Assembly: GCF_004010195.1 (NCBI RefSeq)
Contig: NC_057720.1
Coordinates: forward strand, 9,217,164-9,281,163
DNA length: 64,000 nucleotides
Source of the DNA: Chiloscyllium plagiosum
Lineage: Eukaryota
Reading direction: 5' to 3'
Part shown: one piece after another, positions 11,003 to 22,634 of the stretch
How positions within the stretch are numbered: the first letter of the stretch is position 1
Layout of the letters: each line of letters opens with the position of its first letter
Program-made: the position numbers and the translations under genes
Notes under the pieces: model-generated
The model's database searches: none
The model's input: only the letters and a program-made list of their open reading frames with translations
What the model was told of the DNA's origin: nothing

Positions 11003-11315
11003 TCTCAGCCTGGTGTGATAGCCCCCCGGCCTGGCATGATAGTCTCTCAGCCTGATGTGGTGGTCTCTCAGTCTGCCGGACTGGTGTAGTGGTTACTCGG
11101 CCCTGCACGGCGGTCTGTCAGCCCAACGTGGTGGTCTCTCAGCCCAGTGTGGTGGCCTCTCAGCTCAGAATGCTGGTTCCCCCAGCCAGGTGTGGTGGTC
11201 ACCCAGCCAGTGTGGTGGTCTCTCGGCCCAGCGTAATGATCCCCCCCACCTGCGTGGCAATATCCAGGCACCATGTGGCAATCTCCCAGTAGCCTGATGT
11301 GGTGTTCTTTCTCAG
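11003..11315. repeat. Degenerate minisatellite, unit about 21 bp (TCTCAGCCCAGTGTGGTGGTC)
   Basis: Repeated TCTCAGCC...TGTGGTGGTC units, seen as GGLSAQ repeats in ORF 11055-11297. Confidence 0.85.
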
Positions 11316-11559
11316 CATGAACCTCTAGCCCTGAGGTGATCTCAGAGTGGTCTCCCAACTTCGAGAGCCTCACGGTGAGGCCTGGCACTGTCTGGAGTCA
11401 AGGCCCAATGCAGACTAATGGCTAGATGCCAGCATGGTCTGGTTTGGAAGGACCGTTGTTCTGAACATTTTATTTCTGTATTTTCTAATTTATTCCTATG
11501 ATCTGCAATGCTGGACTTGCTATTTCTTAGATTTCTAATTTTTTTCCTTAAGAACTTCT

Positions 11560-11985
11560 AGAGTCTCAGAGTCATAGAGATTTACAACACGGAAACAGAC
11601 CCTTCGGTCCAACTTGTCCTTGCCGACCAGATATTCCAACCTAATCGAATCCCATTTGCTAGTACTTGGTCCATATCCCTCTAATCCCTTCCTATTCAAT
11701 TCTATTAAATGTTATAATCATACCAGTTCCTCTGGCAGCTCATTCCATAGACACACCATCCTCTGCATGAAAAGTTGTCCCTTAGGTCCGTTTTATGTCT
11801 TTCCCCTCTCACCCTAAACAAATGCCCTCTCATTCTTTACTCCCCTACCCTGGGGAAAAGACCTTGTCTATTTACCCTATCCATGCCCTTCATGATTTTA
11901 TAAACCTCTATAAGGTCGCCCCTCAGTCTCTGACGCTCCAGGGAAAACAGCCCCAGCCTATTCAGCCTCTCCCTATAGCTCAAAC
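11560..11985 (-). mobile_element. CR1/HER1 3' fragment
   Basis: ORF 11837-12064(-) has LSYRERLNRLGLFSLERQRLRGDLIEVYKIM. Confidence 0.9.
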
Positions 11986-12962
11986 CCTTGTATTGAAGAT
12001 TCTGTATCCAGGCACCTAAGATGGCGCTGTAAGTGTCAACTTGTGAACTTTTTATTGTCCTCATTTGAATACATGTGACAATAAAGCTAATTCTAATTCA
12101 ATTCACTGGTTTTGCTCACTATCTTGTAACTACGAGCTCCACATTTGGTCTCATTCTCAAGTGTAAGTAATTATCTACCATAAGCACATTCACTTGAGTC
12201 TCACAGCTCCAGTTGACATCCACTGGAGGAGTGAATTCTGGAACTCCACTATTCTTTTGTGAGAAAAAAGTGTTTTTTGGCGTCTATATGAGACAGCTGA
12301 GCTCTACTTTTAAGATTGTCATTTTCTCACATTCTTTCTTGTGGATTCACTCCATCAGAGGAAATCGTTTCTCCGTATTTTTCCAATCTTACTTATTCTA
12401 GTGGAGTAACGGTTAAGCTAACTTTGACATTAATAGTAGCGATTGATCACACACAAGTGAGGTTGTGGGTCATGATGAAGCCAGGCCATATGCGGCTGGG
12501 GATTCTCGAAATGTCTCTTCTTACCACCTTGTGTATGCAGTACATGTAAATATTGGTAAAACAAGTCAGATACCTGAAATTTTCCTGAAGTTAATTGGCA
12601 AGCTAAGATTGACAGATTTAAGAACAGCTTCTTCCTCGCTGTTATTAGACATCTGAATGTTCCTCTCAAATTTTAAATTTAATGTTGATCTCGCTCTTTG
12701 TGCACCTTCTCTGTAGCTATAACATTGTATTCCTCACTCTGTTCTATTACCCTAATGCACATTGTATGGTATGATCTGCCTGTGCTGCATGTAAAACAAA
12801 ATTTTTCTCTGTACATTGGTACATGTGACAATAATAAGTCAAATCAAATCAAAAATTACAGTTGTATCTCCATACCAACAATGGTCCAACCAAACAGCAC
12901 CCTCTCTTCATGCTATATAAATTGGTGTTCCCTTTCTAAATTTGGTTTCTTGCTCACCAGTC

Positions 12963-12988
12963 CTGATGAGTGCAAGATGAAAAGCTTT
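12963..12988 (+). ncRNA. Hammerhead-like motif of a different type (degenerate)
   Basis: CTGATGA-GTGCAAGAT-GAAAAGCTTT, with AAAGCTTT palindrome as stem III and a very short stem II. Confidence 0.45.
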
Positions 12989-13094
12989 GACTTCATATCT
13001 ATTTTTAGCTATGCTTAATTTCTGTGCTACCAAGCCATTTTCATGACTAAGGGTTGCATTTATGCAAGAGTCATGTTACTGGATTAATAATCAG

Positions 13095-14400
13095 ACAATG
13101 ATGATCATCCCAGTGTCAAAGAAAAATCAGGCAGTGTTCCTTAACGACTACCACCCGGTGGCTCTGCCATCCATCATTATGAAATGCTTCAAGAAGTTAG
13201 TCATGGATCACGTCAACTCCAGCCTCCCAGATTCCCTTGATTCATTACACTTCACTAATCGTTGCAATAGATTCACGGCAGACACCGTCTCCCAGGCCCT
13301 GCATTCATCCCTGGAACATCTGGATTATAAGGACACCTACATCAGACTCCTATTTATTGACTGTAGCTCAGCCTTCAACACCAGAATTCCAACCCAACTC
13401 ATCTCCAAACTCTGCAACCTAGGACTGACCCACATGCCACAATCAGTAAGGATAAGTGAGAACACCTCCTCCATTATAATCCTCAACACTGGTGTCCTAC
13501 AAGGCTGCATACTCAGCCCCTTACTATAGCCATTATACACTCAGGACTGTGTGGCTAAATTCAGCTCTAACACCATTTACAAATTTGCTGATGACACTAC
13601 CGTAGTGGGTCAGGTCTCAAACAATGAAGAAATAGAGTACAGGAAAGAAATAGAGAGCTTAGTGGCATTGTGTAAAGAGAATAATCTCTCCCTCAATACC
13701 AGCGAAACGAAGGAGCTGGTCATCGACTTCAGGACGCAGAGTGGAGGACACACCCCTGTCTGTATCAATAGGGATGGTCAAAAGCTTCAAGTTCCTAGGA
13801 GTAAACATCATCAACAATCTGGCCTGGTCCACCACATTGACGTTACAATTACAAAGGCACTCTAGTGCCTCTAGTTCCTCAGAAAACTAAAGAAACTCGG
13901 CATGTCCACAATGACTCTTGCCAATTTGTGCAGCTGCACCATAGAAAGCATCCTATGTGGATGCATCACAGCTTGATATGGCAACTTCTCCACCCAAGAC
14001 CGCAAGAAATTACAGAGAGTTGTGAACACAGCCCAGTCCATCACAAAAAACCCAGCCTCCCATCTACACTTCCCACTGCCTTGAGAATGCAGTCATTATA
14101 ATCAAAGACCCCTCCCACCCCTGTTATACTCTCTTCCACCCTCTTCTATTGGGCAAAAGATATAAACGTTTGAAAACACATACCAACAGATTTAAGAATA
14201 GCTTCTTCCCCGCTGTTATCAAACTTATGAACGGACCTCACTTGTATTAGATTTGATCTTTCTCCACACCTTCTCTGCAGCTGTAATACTATATTCTGCA
14301 GTCAGGTCTATTAGCCTGATGTACTTATGTAAGCTATGATTTGCCTGGTTATCATGCAAAACAATACTTTTTACTGTATCTCAGCGCATGTGGCGATAAA
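13095..14400 (+). mobile_element. Rex1/Babar-clade LINE, decayed RT plus 3' UTR (other tails at about 12600-12855 and 40800-41185)
   Basis: IIPVSKKN...LNDYHPVALPSIIMKCFKKLV...YIRLLFIDCSSAFNT...TGVLQGCILSPLL...KFADDTTVVG...KELVIDFR. Confidence 0.9.
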
Positions 14401-15249
14401 GCAAAACTCAGGCTCATGGTCTGGTGGGATGGGTTAGAATCCCATCATGGCTGAGATAAAAACCTCTGAGAGACTTTCTTCCAGATTTCCCACAGACTAC
14501 AGAACCGCTGCCGCCCTGCTCCCAGTATGTCAGCTAGGTACGATCTTACCCAAAGAGCCACGGTGCTATTTGTATGAAAATTAGAGTGTGATTATTCTCT
14601 AGGAAAATATTTTGTCTTTGTTGTAATTTTAAATTACATCAAGACCTGGACATTTCGCTGTTAGATATCTGCCAATTTTCTCATCTCCACTCACAATCTG
14701 TTATGTCTGGTTTCTTGTGAAAATTGTGAATATGCAATTACCTCCCTCGAAGACTGTGAGTTCTCTTCTGAGTATCAAAATGATCTGATAAAGTCATCCT
14801 CATTTAACTGCATTTTCTGTTCATGATAGGAACCATGGCATCACAATATCAAAACACACAGGACAACAAGTCTACAGGAAATACCTATCACTACAGCAAG
14901 ATAATTCCATTCGTTTGAAAATCAGTTGTAAAACCATGTGCTTACAGAAGTAATTCTGTTGAGTAGGTTATTCATAATTATGACCTGGACTTTCCTATTT
15001 GCTTTTGCAATCAGATACTCATAATTTGGACAGGAAACAATTACAGAGCATGGAAGACACAGATTTGTGGGCATAATTGAGTAAAGCGCATAATTATAAT
15101 TATTTAATACTCCTCCGTCTTTGACGTTTTCTTATCAAGCACTCCATCTGACTGAATCTCCACCCATGAAATTTCTATGTCCGGACTCTCAAATGTATAT
15201 ATTGTCCAATTGCTCCTGATCAAGGGAAGTGTGGAGACCCTCAATATTG

Positions 15250-15760
15250 GAAACTTTTAAGTGTTCCCTTTCAATTTAAACTCACCAAGACCTGTCCCTG
15301 TCAACTTGCCATTTTGATTTTCCATCCAATTCCCACTCTGGCCTCTCTTCCTTCAGTATCTTATCAAGTTCCAGTAAACCTCCAGCATACAATCGAGGAT
15401 CACATTTCAACTTCATGGCTGAAAGAAGTGCAGATGTTTTAAATCAGAAGCAAAAAAATCCCAGAAGTTGCTGGAAAAGCTCAGCAGGTCTGCCAGCATC
15501 TGTGAAGAGAAATCAAAGTTGATGTTTCAGATCCGGTGACCCTTCCTCCGAACAGAACTTTATAGCCTCCTGGATTCAATGTTGAACTCAACATTGGTGG
15601 GCGGCACGGTGGCACAGTGGTTAGCACTGCTGCCTCGCAGCGCCAGAGACCCGGATTCAATTCCCGACTCAGGCGACTAGTTGATGTTTCAGATCCGGTG
15701 ACCCTTCCTCCGAACAGACCTTTATAGCCTCCTGGATTCAATGTTGAGCTCAACAATTTT
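15250..15760 (+). mobile_element. Old PLE C-terminal remnant, interrupted by a family B tail and a SINE head, with a 77-bp duplication
   Basis: CTTGCCATTTTGATTTTCCATCC resembles the VAxHFNSPSH block. TTATAGCCTCCTGGATTCAATGTTGA resembles the LQPSGLNIEF block seen in ORF 36909-37232. Confidence 0.6.
15598..15678 (+). mobile_element. Isolated tRNA-like head of an HE1 SINE
   Basis: GGGCGGCACGGTGGCACAGTGGTTAGCACTGCTGCCTCGCAGCGCCAGAGACCCGGATTCAATTCCCG (A and B boxes), with no body or tail. Confidence 0.85.
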
Positions 15761-15869
15761 CGACCATTATTGCTGCCCTCATTGTTTCAGGCCACATTTG
15801 TCAGCAATAGCTCTGTTGTTACCAACCAACTTCCACAAACTGTGTCTTTTCTTGCTCTTTTTGCCCCAT

Positions 15870-16560
15870 TAGGATGTGTTGGCATTGGACGGGGTCCAGA
15901 GAAGGTTTACAAGAATAATCCCAGGGATGAAAGGCTTGTGAAATGAAGAGCAGTTGAGGACTCTGGGTCTGTACTCGATGAAGTTTAGAGGAATGAGGAG
16001 AGGTATCTCATTGAAACTTACAGAATACTGAGATAAAAACCGAAAGCACTGCGGATGCTGTAAGACAGAAACAAAAACAGAAGTTGCTGGAAAAGCTCAG
16101 CAGGTCGGGCAGCATTTGTGGAGAGAAATCAGAGTTAACTGAAGGTTCGAGTCACCGGACCCAAAATGTTAACTCTGATTTCTCTTCACAGATAATGACA
16201 GACCTGCTGAGCTTTTCCAGAATACTGTGATGTCTGGATAGAGCGGACATGGAGAAGATGTCACCACTGGTAGGAGAGACTGGAATTCGAGGGCACACGC
16301 TCAGAGTGAAGGGACAACCTTTTAGAACTGAGATGAGGAAGAATTTCTTCAGCTACAGAGTGGTGAGCTTGTGGAATTCTCTGCCACAGAAAACAGTTGA
16401 TGACTTTCAAGAAATATGTCTATGTTGTTCTTAAGCCTAAAGAAATTAAAGGAAATGAGGAGAAATCTGGAACAGAACACTGAGTTAGATGATCAGCCAT
16501 GATGGTATTGCAGACATGAAGGACTGAATAGCCTACTCCTGCTCCTATGTTCTATACTTC
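15870..16560 (+). mobile_element. CR1 3' fragment interrupted by a PLE hairpin
   Basis: RGHTLRVKGQPFRTEMRKNFFSYRVVSLWNSLPQ (ORF 16249-16434). Confidence 0.85.
16031..16217. mobile_element. PLE family B fold-back insertion with 10-bp TSD
   Basis: CTGGAAAAGCTCAGCAGGTC...GAGAAATCAGAGTTAAC pairs with GTTAACTCTGATTTCTC...GACCTGCTGAGCTTTTCCAG. CAGAATACTG at 16021-16030 and 16218-16227. Confidence 0.8.
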
Positions 16561-18699
16561 TGTGGCTTTCCAATCTATTTATTTTTCCCAATTTATCTTT
16601 CCTCAATTGGAATCAATCCTTTTGTCCCACTTTGGATGATTTGTCTCGTGATTGGAGATGATGTGAGTAAGCTCCAAGGTTCAAACCACACTGGATATCA
16701 TTCTTCCTTATTCATTTCCTGCCTTGCACTGTTCATTAGCAATTTGGATGCAAGCAAGATGGCTTTTTAACGGCTCAGCATCTAGCTTTGGCAGAAGCTC
16801 AGAGTCCAGTTTTGGCACTGAAATGTGATGGAATGAAATGAATGGAGGTTAATTAGCTACAAATTAGCAGTGATTAGAAAATTAATGTCAAGTAGTAGCA
16901 TTCTGATTCAGAGTTGGCATGCTGGGAAAATTATTAACTTTGCTTCTTAAGATTATACCTGAGCTTGCTGCCTCCTGGCTCTAGCTATTTTACTGTTCAA
17001 TTACAGGAGTTTGTGTTTTTTAAATTATTTGTTCATGAGATTGAACATCACTGGCTAGACCTGCATTTATTGCTCATCCCTAACTGCCCATGGGACAATT
17101 AAGAGGCAATCACATTTCTGGGTCTGGAGTCACGTATAAGCCAGGAAGAATGGCAGATTTCCTTTTCGAACAAGCATTAGAAAAGTAGGCAGGCTTTTGA
17201 AACAATTGACAGTGATTGGTATTATTGATAATTGGCATTAATCTAGTTTTTAATTCCATTTTTTTAAACTGAAGTCAAATTTCATCATTCACTGTGGTGG
17301 TATTTGAACACATATTCCTGGAAAATTAGCGTGGGGTTCAGGTTAGTTGTTTAGGGATGCACCAGACCTTCCCCAGTATTGCAGCAATTTCAATAATGAG
17401 TTCAAATCTGATATAGAATCATACAGTGATAGCATTTTACAGTACCGAAGGAGGCCATTTAACCCCTCATGTCTGTACCAGCCCTTCAAAGAGCTACCCA
17501 GCTATTCCCATTCTGCAGCCCCATGTCCATAGCCCTCTAACTTCATATCTGGCACTTACACTATTAGAGTAGGTTTTCTGGTCTGGATTTTGCCCAGAAT
17601 CACACGCAGAATGAGGAAAAATAGTGAACGAATTGGTTGGTAGGGCCTGCCTTGACTTCATTTCTACCACCACCAACCTTTCCCTCCCAGACATATATAA
17701 ATGCCAGCAGGGAGTACAGCAAGTGACTGTTTTCACCAGAGAAAGATGGAAGAGTTGTTGCATGTACTGTGATGCCAATTATAACCAGCTTGTGCCTGGA
17801 ATAATTTGCTGTCATCATCCTCTTTCTTTGATAGGGTGGAAGGGTCTACTTGTATGACAGGGGTATGTGCTGAAGGGCTTTTGCCCGAAACGTCAATTTC
17901 CCTGCTCCTCAGATGCTGCCTGAACTGCTGTGCTTTTCCAGCACCACTCTAATCCAGGGGAGTATATGAACATCAATAGTGCATCTACATGAGAATAGGC
18001 TCTTGTTTTAAACAAAATGTAGCTTATTGCATAATAACAATCAGATACAAGTTAGATATTGCTACTAAATTTACCGGGAGCATATAGATATTGGTCCTCA
18101 CCTTACAATTTCTAAGATGTTCTGCCATTTCTTTCTTTATACTTCTATGGTAGAAAGACCGTAACTATTCTTGCTTCCTTGTTTTTTGATTTTGGATTGA
18201 AAAGGGAATAGAATGTTTCAAAACCAAGGATTACTGCCCATTTTAGAAGCTAGTTACCATACACTCATTACAATGTTGTGTTTTTTTCAAACAGTGGAGA
18301 ATTTACTACAGAAGAATTGGCCTTATTATGAAAGGAGATATGGCCAGTAATAGGTAGCTGATTGGTCTGTGGTGGGGTGAGCCACTGACAACAACAAAGT
18401 CTTCTACCTGCCAGTACCAATGTGATTGGCTCCCAGGTAGCTAAACAGGTTGTGGGTATCAGAAGATTCGTCAGAAGTCACCAGACCTCTGAAAAGAAAA
18501 CAGCTATGCTTCTCTCTCCAGTTAAAAAAAAGTCACCTCATATCTGAATATTTTGAAGCAATGATGTTACTAATTTGCTACTTCGAAAGGAAACACTCTA
18601 GTAGAGGCCTTCTCATCTTTCATATGGGCGTCACTAACTAAGCTTTGACCACTAAAGTGGCCAACTTTGGCTATTATTGTTCAATTGTTCTCAGTTCTA

Positions 18700-19800
18700 G
18701 ACCTGCCCACATGCTTTCAACATTGACCAGGCCAAGTCCCCTTACATGTTTCATATGTGTCACCTCTAACTCTTTTAAACACCAGAAGATACAGGACTAG
18801 CCTTTCTAGTCTTTCCCCATAAGATGATTTGCTCATTCCAGGTATTAGGTAAAAACAATGACTACAGATACTGGAAACCAGATTCTGGATAAGTGGTGCT
18901 GGAAGAGCACACCAGTTCAGGCAGCATCCGAGGAGCAGTAAAATCAACATTTCGGGCAAAAGCCTTTCATCAGGAATACCACATTCCAGGTATTAGCCAA
19001 GTAAACCTTCTCTGAACTTCTTCCAACAAATTAATATCCATCCACAAGTATGGTGACCAGTACTGTACACAGCATCCAGATACAGTCTCACTAATGCTCA
19101 GTATAACTGAAGCATAAACTCCCTATTTTTAAATTCAATTTCCCTCACAATAAAACCAAAATATTTTATTAGCTTTCCTGATTACTTGTATCTGCAGAAT
19201 AACCTTGTGCGATTCATGCACCAGGACATTCAGATCTCTCTGTGTGTTAAACCTCTGCTATGTCTCACCATTTAGATGATACACTTTTATATTTTCTGCT
19301 AAAATGAACAATTTCACACTTTTGGACATTATACTCCATCTGCCAGATCGTTGCCCACTCACTTAACCTGTCTATATCATTTTTTAGGCTCCTCTTCACA
19401 AAGCACTTTCCTACCTATCAAATTGAATTGAATTGAATTTATTGTCATGTGTACCGAGGCACAGTGAAAAGCTTTGCCTTGCGAGTAATAAAGGTAGATC
19501 ATATAGTTAAGTGGCATAGATAGCAAATAATAGATAAGCATTTATCTTTGCATTATCAGCAGATTTTTCTACCAAGCCTTATCTAAATCACTTCTATAAA
19601 TGGTAAAGAGTTGAGGCCTCAGCATTGACTCCTTTGGTATCCTGCCACCTGAAAAAGACTCACTTATTCTTATTCTCTGCTTCCTGTAAGCCAACTAATC
19701 TTCTATCCATGCCAATATATTAGCCATGAGACTTTATTTCCTGCAAGAACCATTGAAGTGGCATGTTAGCAAATGCTTTCTGGAAATCTAAATACAGGAT
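18700..19800 (-). mobile_element. Old CR1 fragment, interrupted by a PLE tail and a Rex-like tail
   Basis: SYGERLERLVLYLLVFKRVRGD in ORF 18717-18959. AAATGCTTTCTGGAAATCTAAATAC is the reverse of YLDFQKAF. Confidence 0.75.
18849..18981 (-). mobile_element. PLE family A tail with near-intact hammerhead and 15-bp TSD
   Basis: Reverse complement CTGATGAAAGGCTTTTGCCCGAAATGTT. CATTCCAGGTATTAG at 18834-18848 and 18982-18996. Confidence 0.85.
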
Positions 19801-20994
19801 GTCATGTTGGCATCGTGGGTCTACGTACAGCACATCGACTGCAACCTTTCAAGAAGGTCATTCACCACCATGTTCTCAAGGGCAGCTGGGGATGGGCAAT
19901 AAATGCTGGATGAGATAGAGAGGCCTACTCCACATGAGTGAAAACAAATGTTCCATTTGATAGAAAGGGCAATTAGCAGGATATCTGAAACTTGATACTG
20001 CTGACATCATTCCTCCTGCTGCTCTTTTTCACACGATGTGAAAATTAGCAAGCGTCCTCATTTCATGCTGTTGATTCAAATGTCGATCTTAATATCGATG
20101 ATTGTTGAAAGGGTAGAGGAGTCAAACTTTCCATGATCTTTCACTGGTCAGTTATAGACTGCAGTGAGACCAACATAGGTTTCTATGAATTTGTAAACAG
20201 GTCAGTTCCAATAGGCTCCTGTGTACTTTGCATCTTTTGATTAAGACCTTATAGCAGAGTTCAAAACAATATGATGGACATGATATCATGAGCAGGTGGT
20301 CAGTCGCAAAGTCACTGAAACAGCTGGAGATGTGTTGGTTTGCAAAGCCCCAAGAGATAAGACACGGCATTATTAGATGCCTTCAGGTGACATCCAGTTA
20401 ATGCTGTGCAGAATCCCACCATCCTGCTGTTATTAAGACATATGTTCATGTACCTATCCCACTCTCTATCCCCAGTGAGCTGTGGAGGCTAGACCACTTC
20501 AAATACTAAAAGGAGAGGTAGGCTAATTTTGGGAAAGTTGAGAACTATGAAGAATTTAGAAGTCTTCAAATTATCAACAGGAGGTAGATAAGGATAAATG
20601 GTTTCCATTGGTTGGGAATTCAAGAATAAAGGACACAGAGTGAGAAGTAGGGCCAGGTGGTTCAGGAGAGATGTTAAGAAGCACTCCCATACATCGAGGG
20701 TAGTAGAGGTTTGGAACTCTTCCATAAGTGACAGCTGATGCTAGATTAGTTGCTAATTTTAAATCCGACAGATTTTCTTTTTGTTTGCAAAGGTATTAAG
20801 GGATCAGCCATGATCTCACTGAATGGTGGAACAGGCTCAAGGGGCTGAATGGCCTGCTCTTGTTCCTTTATTCCAATACTCCTAATCAGCATGAAGGAGC
20901 AGTTGAAACCTGTGGCAGATCAGCTATGATCTTATAGAAGAGCTGGACTGGCTTGGGGTTTAGATGCTAAATGGCATTCTCCTGCTGCTATTTC

Positions 20995-21275
20995 ATAGAA
21001 TCCCTGCAGTGTGGAAGCAGGCCTTTCAGTCCATCGAGCGCACACTTACTCTCCAAAGAACATTCCACACAGACACACCCCACCCTCTACTCTAACCGTG
21101 TAACCCTGCATTTCCCATGGACTGCATACCTTTGACAATGGGACGACACTGGAGCACCTGGAGGAAACCCATGCAGACATGGGGAGAATGTGCAAATTCC
21201 ACCAGTCGCCTGAGGCTGGGATTGAACCCAGGTGCCTGGTGCTGTGAGGCAGCTGTGCTAACTACTGAGCCACAG
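20995..21275 (-). mobile_element. Degenerate HE1-type SINE
   Basis: GGAGCACCTGGAGGAAACCCATGCAGAC...GCTGTGAGGCAGCTGTGCTAACTACTGAGCCAC. Confidence 0.8.
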
Positions 21276-22180
21276 TCCTGCCTCTTATACTTTTTATTTA
21301 TGCTTTGATATTTTTACACACCTGCACTGATAGACTAGTTCCCACCCAAGGCTTATTGACTATGAAGGCGGTTTGAAAGATTCTGCTCATGTCTACCACC
21401 ATCCCACCTACCTTTCCCACATCCAACAATCACCATCATAGCAGGGACCACTGTTTCCCTCAGCCCCAACTCCCTCCCTCTATTTATTTATTTCCTAGAT
21501 CCCTTCCACCTCCCCAGTCCCGATGAAGGGTCCCAACCCAAAACGTCAACTTTCCTGCTCCTCCGAAACTATCTGACCTGCTGTGCCTTTCCAATTCCAC
21601 ATTTGATCAACTCTAGTGAGTGCTGACCCAGTATTGCAGAGGAGTCAAAGTGGCAGATGACACTGCCTCCTGCTGTTACCCTGGCAATAAGGAGAGCTAC
21701 ATCATTCTGGGCCGGTATGAATTTGAAAGATGGAATTTATTTTTGTGTGACTGTTTTAATTAACAATTCACAGAGGACATAAAGAATTTCTCGTAAGTCT
21801 TCACAGGTTCCCTCTGTGCAAGACTTCCAGCTATTTTGGAAAGAGCATCACTGCATTGAAAAGAGAAAAGACTGGAAGGGTACTTTCAGGGAAAAGTGCT
21901 CCCCCATCTGTTCTGAATGTTAAAAATCAGATAGCTTATCATTATTCTGATAACAGCGATATCGATGAAGCAAATTAATTTATTACGGTCTTCAGGCCAG
22001 CTATTTAATTTGCATTTAGTCTTGGAATGTGGACAGTATTGTCTCAGGATGCCATTTATTGACCATCTGTAGTTATTGTGAGATGACACTGATAGAGCTG
22101 AATAGTTGGTTAATGCCATTTCAGTGAGCAAATACAAATAAAATTCCAAGTTGCCAACCAGAAAACATGACCCATTTATG

Positions 22181-22307
22181 ATATAGAGGTGCCGGTGATG
22201 GACTGGAGGGGACAAAGTTAAAAGTCACACAACACCAGGGTATAATCCAACAGTGCTTCCAAATAAGCCTGTTGGACTATAATCTGGTGTTGTGTGATTT
22301 TTAGCTT
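22181..22307. mobile_element. Short fold-back element with 13-bp TSD
   Basis: Arms at 22213-22253 and 22269-22309 (TCACACAACACCAG...TCCAACAG / CTGTTGGA...CTGGTGTTGTGTGA). TGACCCAyTTATG at 22168-22180 and 22308-22320. Confidence 0.8.
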
Positions 22308-22409
22308 TGACCCACTTATGCATTTTTGTTTCACCTTCTGTCATGGGTAGGTTCTTTTATATTCACTCATGGGATGCGGATGTCACTGGTCAGGACACTT
22401 AATTAATTG

Positions 22410-22634
22410 GGACACAGTGAGGTCTGCGGATGCTGGAGATCAGAGTTGAGAGCGTATTGCTAGAAAAGCACAGCAGGTCAGGCAGCATCCAAGGAGTAGG
22501 AGAGTCGACGTTTCGGGCAAAAGCCCTTCATCAGGAATGGGCTGATGAAGGACTCTGGCCCGAAATGTCAATTTTCCTGCTCCTCGGATGCTGTCTGACC
22601 CACTGTGCTTTTCCAGCAATACGCTCTCAAAACA
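22410..22634. mobile_element. PLE family A fold-back with two divergent hammerheads and 10-bp TSD, nested in a SINE
   Basis: Hammerhead at 22507-22534(-) is intact, and one at 22542-22569(+) is slightly mutated. TAATTAATTG at 22400-22409 and 22635-22644. Confidence 0.9.
22507..22534 (-). ncRNA. Hammerhead ribozyme motif (intact core)
   Basis: Reverse complement reads CTGATGA-A-GGGC-TTTT-GCCC-GAAAC-GTC. Confidence 0.8.

Noticed and set aside
11003..11315. Regular short repeats superficially like a CRISPR array
   Set aside because: Degenerate tandem units with no unique spacers, in a vertebrate context with no cas genes.
15286..15418. Minus-strand segment with good splice signals and an open frame (MKLKCDPRLY...)
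   Set aside because: It is the antisense of a decayed PLE C-terminal region (HFNSPSH-like block). Nothing indicates exonisation.
18295..18353. Other isolated acceptor/donor pairs (also 14830, 44984, 55805)
   Set aside because: No recognisable peptides, weak or absent donors, and no consistent exon chain.
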